From Zygnema circumcarinatum SAG 698-1b (lineage: Eukaryota > Plantae > Zygnematophyceae), in contig CM074806.1 in assembly GCA_037447605.1 (NCBI GenBank), positions 434,001 through 498,000 of the forward strand: a DNA stretch of 64,000 bases, read 5' to 3'. Positions within the stretch are counted from its first letter, which is position 1. Each line of letters begins with the position of its first letter. A model generated the notes under the pieces. The model was not told where the DNA came from and did no database searches. It worked only from the letters and a program-made list of their open reading frames with translations. Both the position numbers and the translations under genes were made by a program. This document shows positions 1 to 9,136 of this stretch, piece by piece.

Positions 1-745
1 AAGCTCAACGGCCTTTTCCATGTCCTTGGGGACTCCATCTCCGTTCTGGTAGCACCAACCTAAATTGAACTGGGCCGCAGAATGGCCCTTCTCTGCAGCG
101 CGCCTATAAAGCTCAACGGCCTTTTCCATGTCCTTGGGGACTCCATCTCCGTTCTGGTAGCACCAACCTAAATTGAACTGGGCCGCAGAATGGCCCTTCT
201 CTGCAGCGCGCCTAAAAAGCTCAACGGCCTTTTCCATGTCCTTGGGGACTCCATCTCCGTACATGTAGCACCAACCTAAATTGTTCTGGGCCGCAGAATG
301 GCCCTTCTCTGCAGCGCGCCTAAACAGCTCAACGGCCTTTTCCATGTCCTTGGGGACTCCATCTCCGTTCTGGTAGCACAAACCTAAATTGTTCTGGGCC
401 GCAGAATGGCCCTTCTCTGCAGCGCGCCTAAACAGCTCAACGGCCTTTTCCATGTCCTTGGGGACTCCATCTCCGTTCTGGTAGCACAAACCTAAATTGC
501 TCTGGGCCGCAGAATGGCCCTTCTCTGCAGCGCGCCTATAAAGCTCAACGGCCTTTTCCATGTCCTTGGGGACTCCATCTCCGTTATAGTAGCACCAACC
601 TAAATTGAACTGGGCCGCAGAATGGCCCTTCTCTGCAGCGCGCCTAAAAAGCTCAACGGCCTTTTCCATGTCCTTGGGGACTCCATCTCCGTTATAGTAG
701 CACATACCTAAAGTGTACTGCGCATCACTGTCTCCCTGATCCGCC
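1..745 (-). repeat. 108-bp coding tandem repeat (about 7 Sel1-like repeats in window)
   Basis: Units start at 1, 109, 217, 325, 433, 541 and 649. The period is 108 nt (36 codons) and the minus-strand frame is open throughout. Confidence 0.97.
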
Positions 746-2723
746 CTCATCCTTAATTCACTCACCATCTTCCGCTCCCTGTAAGGCGAATCTTCTACTT
801 CTTTTTTTTCAAGTGCAGGCGTTTGTGCTGATCCTGCTGAATCCGGTTGCTTTCCCTTCTTTGCATCCTCCGCTGCTTTTTGCAACCGAGGCAGCACATC
901 GCTCTCAAGACTTGGGCGAAGAGACCTCTCCTCCGCCACGCACCGCAGTGCCACGTGGAGGGCTGCCTCTGTCGGCTCCCGCCCCCACGCCCCTGCCCGC
1001 GGGTCCAGCTTCTCCATGAAGACAGCTGCCGCCTTCTCCAAGTCGCGCTTGGACTGTTCTGCCCCGCCGCTCTCGAGGAGTTCATGGATGTTCTGAATCT
1101 TGGGGTCGCCCGTGAAGAGCTGCAACATGACGAGGCCGAGGGCGAACACGTCGGCAGTGCCTGTGAGCATTCCCGTTCGTGCCTCCGGTGCCATGTACCT
1201 GTAAGGAGGCAAAATGGGGGGGACTTTTGAAGAAATGAATAAATTCCATCGCTATAAAGCAGCAGAGGATGACGGGAAGGAGAACTGCTCAAGAGGCAAC
1301 AAAACAGATTGGATTATGACGTACGGGAGAGTGCCTTTCAAACGGTCTGTTTGGATTGTGGCATCATAAAACAATTCTGCCAGGCCCATGTCCGCCAGCT
1401 TTGAGGTGAGGTTCACGTCCAATAGCACGTTCGCCGGCTTCAAGTCACAGTGGATGATACTTTGCTTGTGCATGAACAGAAGAGCTTTCGCCATCTCGGC
1501 ACATATCCGGATGCGGTCCGCCCAACCAAGGGGGGGGTACTTGGCAACAGGACCTTTCAGGCGGTCCTTGAGGCTCCCTCCGCTCATGAGCTCGCTCACA
1601 AAGCAGCGCGCTTCGGGGCTCCATTTCATGAACTGCACAATGTGGGGATGGTGCAGCCCTTTTAAAGCTTCCACCTCCTTCTCAAATTCCTCCAGGGGAC
1701 TGCCCTCATGCAGCCTCTTTACCGCCACAGGGGTGCCGTACAGCATGCCTTTGTAGACCGATCCAAAGGCTCCATTTCCAAGCAGGTTTTTTTCGGAGAA
1801 GTTGTCGGTGATGTCCGCCATTAGGCTTCCGGGAAGGGTGTCAGAAAGTGCCATTGCTCTGCGGAATCGCTTCTCATCCAGTTTTGTCCCTTTGGCAGCG
1901 ATAAGTTCAATAGTTATTTGAATGCTTTGCTCCTCTTGTGGACGATTGTCAGATACAGCACGTTCCTTCTCCTCCTTCAACTCCTCCACGAACGTTTCGA
2001 CCTGCGTGAGGATATGCCATGCATGAGGATCGCTTAAGAATGTCGATCAAGGAGTGTGTGATACCTCGACATCACACGTAGCCATAGGCCAATCATGCAC
2101 GCAAACATGCTGCAACTCCTGCTGCCAAGAAGTCATGCGGAATTCAAGCCCTATGCGCTCGAAACCAAGACAAAGCAATCTCCGCAAAAGAGAGCGCCTC
2201 CCACCTCCTCCTGCGTGACCTTCCCCTCCTCCAGAAGGCGGCTCACAAGCACCTTCACCGACTCCGGCTTGTCGACCGTCGCCCCCCCCAACCGCGCGGC
2301 ATTTTGCGCCCTCTCCTCCTCCTCCGCCTCCTGCACTGCTCTCAACCCGTCATCCTTCAACTCCTGCTCCCGCTGATCTTTATTCAGCTTTCGCAAAATC
2401 AGGAAGTCCAGCTCCCAATGCGTTATGTAGACATGGATCTCCTTTATGTCATCGGAGATCTGCTGGTAGTAGAGCAGGCGGTAGAGCACGCTCCACGTGC
2501 AGCGCTTGGCTAGTTTTTCGGCGGAGTGCACGTGCTTCAGTAGCTGCTGCAGGACCTTCTTCTCCGGCAGGGGGGCCCTCTCCGCTATGCGCTTCTCCAG
2601 GAGGGAGGAAAGGTTCTCCACGCGCTGGCAGAGGAGGTCGCCCAGTTTTCGGTGTGACTTTACAGTGTCCCACACGGTCCGCAGGGCGATTACCGCATCG
2701 ACAACTGATTTCACCATGTCCAT
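1..2723 (-). CDS. MLKL-like N-terminal 4-helix-bundle + non-RD RLK/Pelle kinase + Sel1-repeat protein (3' end beyond window start)
   Basis: Exons 2205-2723, 1325-2001 and <1-1198 join in frame at GT-AG sites (TQEE|VETF; KGTLP|YMAPE). Exon 1 resembles the MLKL NTD (TVKSHRKLGDLLCQRVENLSSLLE...LYRLLYYQQISDDIKEI). Kinase motifs: LGNGAFGSVYKG, VAVK, HCDLKPAN, DMG, APE, DVFALG. The C-terminal 36-aa repeats (RRAAEKGHSAAQFNLGWCYQNGDGVPKDMEKAVEL) fit the Sel1 consensus. Confidence 0.9.
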
Positions 2724-3239
2724 CTGAGAGAGAGTGGGAGGGAGGGAGGGAGGGAGGGAGGGAGGAAGGGAGGGAGAGGGAGAGAGAGAGGGAGTTGCCT
2801 AAACGCTTTGGATGCTTCCTATTGGTTCTGGGTGGACAGGGATCCACGTTTTCTTCATATTAGTTTTAAGAGGGAGGGAGGGAGGGAGGGAGGGAGGGAG
2901 GGAGGCAGAGGGGGGGGAAGACGCGCATAGCAGCGAACGGCCGTGTCCTCGCCGCCCGGCCGCGGGCGGACTTACGCGGACCGTACAGGCGGGTACAAGT
3001 GGACAACAAGGCCGGACGCGGAACAAGATTGCCTTATGGTACGGACTTGTACATTCCCGAGGGCGGGCAAAAGTTGACCACTGCGCTCGCCACGTGGTCA
3101 CCGCCGATTGCCTGATGAAGTGGATGTCCCGTCACGTCACGTCACGTCCCGTCATGCTGTTGGGTGAGTCCTGCCAACGGATCCTCGACAGCCACGTGGC
3201 GGCGCGCGATTTGTCTACGCGGTCAAAGTTTTCTCAGTT

Positions 3240-3545
3240 CGGACCAGTGGATCGGCAACCATTGGACAACCATTGGATGGCAATGGTTGGACGTCTACTG
3301 GTTGGCAACCAGTCGACTGGTTGCCAACCAGTGGCATCCACTGGTTCCAAACCAGTCGAATGGTTGCCAACCAGTGGCATCCACTGGTTCCAAACCAGTC
3401 GAATGGTTGTCAACCAGTGGCATCCACTGGTTGGCAACCAGTCGAATGGTTGTTTCGGTCCGCAACCACTGGTTGGCAACCAGTCGACTGGTTTGGAACA
3501 AGTGGATGCCACTGGTTGGCAACCAGTCGAATGGTTGTTTCGATC
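3240..3545. repeat. Array of TGGTT-N3-AACCA palindromic boxes (same family as 48437-49762)
   Basis: Repeated TGGTTnnnAACCA boxes joined by GTCGA(C/A) and GTGGCATCCAC linkers. The leader GGATCGGCAACCATTGGACAACCATTGGATGGCAATGGTTGGACGTC recurs inverted at about 49360-49410. Confidence 0.9.
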
Positions 3546-4180
3546 CAGGGGGAGAGGGAGAGGGGGAGAGGGGAGAAGGGGGGGAGGGGGAACGGGGGGG
3601 GAGAGGGGGGTGAGGGGGAGGGGGAGGAAGAGGGGGAGAGAAGGACGAGAGGGACCGGGGGCGGAGAGGATGGGGAGAGGAAGGGTGAGGGGTGAAGGGA
3701 AAGAAAGGGGGGTTGGGAGGGGAAGAGGGAGGGGGTGAAGGGAGGAAAACGGTGGGGGAGCGGGGCGCGAGGAGAAGGGGAAAGGGAGAATGGGAGAGGG
3801 AGGGAAGGGAGGGGGGGCAGCAAGAAGGAAGGAGACAATGAGAGGGAGAAGAGTGACAGAGGAGGGGGAGGAAGAGTGGGGGGGGTGGAAGGAGGGGGAA
3901 AGAGGGAACGGGGAATGAAGGGGGAGGGGGGAGTCTAAAGGTTGGGCGAAGGGGAAGAATTTGCGGAAGCAGGTGAGTGGAGGGGGCGATGGGGGGAAAG
4001 AAGCAGCCAAAATCCGGACGGACTGCCAAACGGATCAGCTGTCGGATCCCATCACAGAAGCTCCCACAAGCCCCACTTTGAAATTCTAAACCCTAACCCT
4101 AAAAACCTCAATCCCCTCCAGTGCCCTGAATCCTGACCCACTCCCCCCTTCCTTCCTCCTCCTCCTCCTCCTCCCTCGCA

Positions 4181-4414
4181 ATGCGCGATCTAAAGACCCT
4201 TCTCCTCCTCTTCCTCCTCACTCTCTGCGAGTCCTTGGCCTACTGCATCCCATGCCCCCATGCATGGATGGATCCGTCATGCAATGCCATACCATGCCGT
4301 GCCCATACATGCCATCCCTTCCCCCTCCGCCGCTCCTTTACAATGGGCCCAAAAACTCCCTGGGAGCCCTCGTACGGAAGAGGGCTTTTTCTGTACGGAC
4401 TAAAAGGTGCCTAG
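4181..4414 (+). CDS. Possible small secreted Cys-rich peptide (77 aa)
   Basis: Signal-peptide-like MRDLKTLLLLFLLTLCESLA followed by 5 Cys. Telo-box AAACCCTAA at about 4088 and a CT-rich leader upstream. No homology recognised. Confidence 0.25.
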   Translation: MRDLKTLLLLFLLTLCESLAYCIPCPHAWMDPSCNAIPCRAHTCHPFPLRRSFTMGPKTPWEPSYGRGLFLYGLKGA

Positions 4415-4972
4415 AAGTGCAAAGGCCACGTGGCCTCTTATTACTGGCTGAAACCTCTTAAGGTGGTACCGTACGGCATTGAAGTCCTTGGAGGGTCACC
4501 CGGAATGTGCGGAGCCAATCAGAAGTCGCCTGAGCAGAACCCAACGCAATACCGTACGATTTTTTGAGTATTTTTTCGCAATTTTGGGGCAGCCATTTCG
4601 TTGACTTGGCAACATCCTGGCTTGCCAGGTGTAATATGTAACACGTGGCAATTTTTTATTGGTGTTGGACAGGGGATTTAAACATTTTTCTCACATGCAG
4701 CTAAAAACTGTACCCATTCTGTACGGTTTTGTGTACCTTTTCAAATGGCATGTTAGATGAAAGAGTTGTGTACGAAATCTTGCTAGTGCAAAGGTTTTTG
4801 AAGTACGAAAATGTACTTTTGATACCTTAACCAAGAAATATAAAGTACAGAAAAGAGTACAAAATGCAATATAGTACAATTTGGATGATCTCTTCTTAGC
4901 TAACAGGAAAAGGACAGTTTTTTGGAACCTCCTGTCTCCTAGAAGGGGAAGAAGGCACATTCCCCTGCAGCC

Positions 4973-7900
4973 ATGGCGGAGCTGGCGGACGGGGTGCCGG
5001 AGCCAAGCGGCAGCGGGCATGTGATGATGATGGAGGAAGAGGGAGGGGCAGAGCTGAGAGAGATGGAGGTCGCCATGGCTGGAGAGAGGCGCTCGGAGCT
5101 CCTGCAGACTATGGCGACGGCGGGTTCAGGCAGCCAATGGCGGTTGGACAGCTGGCGGGAGCAGATGAAGGAGAAGGTGGAGAAGCTGGAGGCGGCGCTG
5201 AAGCGATTGGAGGCCGAGAAGAGGTGAGGGGGAGGGTTCAGGAGGGTTTTGGAATGGATATGGACGTGGATGTGCAGTAAGGACTTTGAAACCACTTTGA
5301 GGTTTGAAGTGTTTTGAGGATTTTGAGTTTTTGTTTTTGTGAAGATTCTGAAAACGTTTTGGAAGATCTTTGAAATTTTTTTTGGAAGGATTTGGAAAGG
5401 TTTTTGAAGGTTTTGGAAAAAACTTGAACGTTTTGGAAAGGTGTTGGAAAGGTCTTTGAAGGTTTTGGAAAGGATTTGAAAGAATTTTGAAAAGGTCGTT
5501 AGGTTTTTGAAAGGGTTTGGAAGGGCTTGGAAGGTGAAGAGATGGTTCAGGAAGGTCAGTTGTGATCATTTTGGATCATATTCTTCTTAGTTGGTTCAGC
5601 CCAAAAAACACGCCTGCACTTCCACTAGAGCTTACAGTCCCAAAAAAAAAACTGGTTCTTGCTTGTTTTGCAAATTCATCCGTTAATTATATCTCTACTA
5701 CCCCTTTTTCGCCTCAAAATCTGCTCTCGCTCTCCTTCTCTCTCTCTTCCCCTCTATATCTCCGTCTCCCTCCCTCCGCCCTCTCTCTGTCTATCTTTTT
5801 CTCCCTCTTTCTCACTATCCCCGTCCCTCTCTCTCTCCTTCTCTCTTCTTTCTCTCTCCCTTACTCGATTTCACTTGAAGCATGTCATCAAGGCAGGCAT
5901 CTCTATTTTTTTTTCTATTTTTCTTGCTGAGGAAAATTATTGATTTCCATTGGCTTGCGAGGGTGCGTCAGTAGTCAAACTTCCGTACAAATCCTCTACT
6001 GGTAGCCTATGATAAACATGACACCTTGCTATTCTGCAATAACGCCGTCAGACTGAACATATCCATAGAACAAATTCATCAATGTGCAAACACATAGATA
6101 TGGAATTAAAAAAGTAAATAAATTGCTTTTGCGGTTCTCAAAACACGTCTGGATGCGCACAATCTGATGATTTTTTTAGTTCATTTCGTTTGCCTTTCGT
6201 TGTCCTCCTTTCCCTTCTTCTTTTCTTAGTTTGATTTTCTTTTTTTCCAATCATTCTATGATGTTCAGGCAGGAGATGGACAATATAATGCGACGAATGA
6301 GAACGTCAGATGCTCTGATGGGATACCTCGCCGCCAAGGCTCGCCTTATGAACGTTTCGGAAACCCCTCCCTCCCTCTCTCTCTCTCTGTCGGCATCTCA
6401 AAGGGGGTTGCAGTACAGCAGTGGTAGTGTGGTGGGAAATGAGAGTGAAAAGACTAGGGAGACAGCAGAGATTGCGAAGGCTGAATTGGCGGAGACTGCA
6501 GGTGGTAAAAAAGAACTTCCTCACCCTCTCTCTCTCTGTCGCTCCCTCACTCTTTCTTTCACTCTCTCTGCTTCTCTCTGTCCAGCTGCAAGATCTTCCA
6601 TCCCACTCATGTGATTTACAAAAAAATGCTGTTTTCAAGCGTTTCTGAGGGCTCTGTTCCCGCACGATTTTTTACTGAATCAGACCTTCATAGAAATCGG
6701 GTTGGATTTCAACTTCCCTATCTTGATAAAGCTCATTTGGACCCGGCTGAATGCAGGCTGCTCCTTGAACTTGAAACATTTTGAATTTGCAGAGTCGACA
6801 GGGCCTTCATCTGATGCTGCACATCTCAGCCGGCTTGCAAGCACAGGTAATTAAGCAGACAGGGCAATTCTCCTCTACTTCGCATATTCAGCAGAAAACA
6901 TCTGCCTCTAAGTGGGGCAATTTATAAGTATCCATATATTCCGATATACCGTTGGAGGTATTTGTATAGTCGTTCTTTATGTGAACCCTTGTTCTCGTTC
7001 GGTCAAAAAGATTCTGACTGACTGACTGAAATTTTAGCAATGTGATTTTGTGACGGCAGTGACGGAGGTGACGGAAGTGATGGGGTCCCTTCTCCGGCGA
7101 GCCCTTCAAGCAGAACAGACTGTGAGAGAGACTAAGGGGCAGTTGGAAGCCTGCCAGGTGGCAGCACGGGAGAGGGCGAAGGAGATGGGGGGCATGTGGG
7201 AGAAGGTGGAGGCTATGGAGCGATCAGCGAAAGTGACAGGTGTCCAACTCCCTCCTCTCCCTCACCCTCCTCCTTTCCCTCCCTCTCTACCTCTGTGTGC
7301 CTCTAGCCCAACAAGACTTTCTACGACCCAAAACTATGAAATTCTCTCAAAGATTAACCCTAATTGTGGGGTGGTGAGGTACAGAGGAGCAGCTGAAGGA
7401 CATGCAGCATCGGCTTGCGGAGTTGGCGGTGGAGACGAAGCAGCAGAGAGAGAGAGCGGCGGAAAATGAAGCGGAGATAGCGAGTGTGAGAGCGCAAGTA
7501 GGGCAGCTGAGAGGGGGAGTGGAGCAGTTGGCAGCTTCGCGGGAGACCATTGTGGGGTTGGAACAACGCCTGCGGGAGATGGAGACGACGACCAAAGGGT
7601 GAGGAGAGGGAGNNNNNNNNNNGGAGGGAGGGGAGGGAGGGGAGGGAGGGAGGGGAGGAGGGAGGGAGGGAAAGGGGAGAGGGGCCCAGAGAGTGTGAGG
7701 GAGGGGGGCCGAGAGGAGTGAGCAGGGATGGGAGAAGGCACGAGAGAGAGGAGGTGGTAAGGATGGCAGGAAGGGGGGAAGGGAGGGAGATGTGGAGAGG
7801 AGAGAGGTTAGGAGGAGAACAAAGAGCTAAAGCTAAAAGAACTGTGTTCCTGTTCCATGCCCCATGTTCCCTGTGTGCAGTTTGACTCTCCGTTTGGACG

Positions 7901-8106
7901 CGCTGGAACTGACAAAGAGCAGCAAGGATGCTGAGGTGGCACGACTCCGCGCCTCGGGAGACCACATGCAGGCGGAGCTTGACTTTAAGGAGGCCGAACT
8001 GATGGCTCTCAGCGAGCAGGTCCGCCACTTGGCGGAATATAAGAGGAGGCATGAGATAGCCGCCGGGGGGTGCTCGCTTGATAAAGTCACGATGGAGCAT
8101 GCATGA
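4973..8106 (+). CDS. Plant-conserved coiled-coil protein of unknown function (multi-exon)
   Basis: Exon 1 is 4973-5223 (donor GTGAGG) and the last exon 7881-8106. Internal exons read RQEMDNIMRRMRTSDALMGYLAAKARLM, VTEVMGSLLRRALQAE, MQHRLAELAVETKQQRERAAENEAE and KDAEVARL...KEAELMALSEQ. These resemble an uncharacterised angiosperm coiled-coil family (from memory). Middle exon boundaries are uncertain. Confidence 0.75.
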
Positions 8107-9029
8107 TGTATGAGGCAGGGAAGGGTTCAGTGTTCAGCTCGAGGTCTGGGGGGGAGGCATGTATGGTGTGGGCCCATTCAAGAACTGTACATAGCTCAAG
8201 GTCTTGCTTGAGGGGTCACATGTGGTCTGTTGGACGGCATTCGTTGGAACTGAGAACGGCATTCTTTGTGCATTGAAATTGAAATTGGTCTCTGCGTTCG
8301 ATTTCGTTCGTTTTTTTTTTTTTTTTTGTGAATTTCACATTTCTGTCGAACTGTAAAGAGATGAGATCCTATGAAGGGATGGAGCAGGTAATCTTGCAGG
8401 GACCATTACTTCTTTTTAATGTTTTTTTCTTTTAAACGCATGCAATCATGTAAGAGCGCGCGGAGGGACAGTGAACTGTGATCGAGTTTTGGGGGTTTAG
8501 GGTTTATGTGAGCCAGCCCCTTGTCGTATTCAACCGTTTCCATGTCCTCCAGTGCACATGTAGCCATTGACGCAATCACGCTTAATAGAACCATGCATGT
8601 AAACAGCAGCTGCAACTTCATACACGTGCCACAAGAACGGTTTGCAGTGCTCTGTAACGGGACTGTTATCGGTGAAGTTTGACACATATGCCTGTAGCCT
8701 CAGTTCATCTCCAATTTCTCGGGCCAAGAAAGGTATAAATTCAGAATTTCTTTGAGTGCCTAGAATTGGGGGCTCCAGCCAATGACAGCATGCCACGTCA
8801 TCCAGTATGTCGCACAATTTGGTACCAAGGACGATTTTCGTACTGAAATCCGTACGTGCAGATTTACTCGTACGGAAATTGAACTCCAACCATCAACAAA
8901 TGTGGATGTGTCACGTAGACAACTTTGTCCCGTGGCGAGCCACGAATGTCCCGCCGTCCTGATTTTTTTGTTCGAAATTTGACAATAGGCGCTCAAAGCA
9001 AAGTCCGTCCATATGACATTCGGCCGTCT

Positions 9030-9136
9030 CCCTTCACCACGTGTCAGCTGCTCATTGGCCCTACCCCGTCACGTGTCAGTTGCCCGTTTGCCCAGTTCGC
9101 CACGTGCTCATTGGCCCCAGCCTGCCACGTGGCGCC
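9030..9136 (+). promoter_or_regulatory. Cluster of four G-boxes (CACGTG) with ATTGG/CCAAT boxes just upstream of the BMI1 start
   Basis: CACGTG at about 9038, 9070, 9101 and 9126, with two CTCATTGGCCC copies between them. Confidence 0.55.

Noticed and set aside
1-745. 108-bp tandem repeat as a CRISPR array or satellite
   Set aside because: There are no unique spacers, the period is 36 codons, and it translates in an open frame to Sel1 repeats continuous with the kinase exon.
3234-4029. Long Pro/Ser/Leu- or Gly/Arg/Glu-rich ORFs over GA/CT tracts (also 13082-13869, 28612-29430, 40407-41175, 53234-54329, 62269-63488)
   Set aside because: They are translations of low-complexity intronic or intergenic DNA lying between identifiable exons.
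7613-7622. Runs of 10 N (also about 10351, 23327, 43957, 46845, 53713, 56004, 61724, 63158)
   Set aside because: Assembly gap placeholders in homopolymer or low-complexity tracts, not biology.
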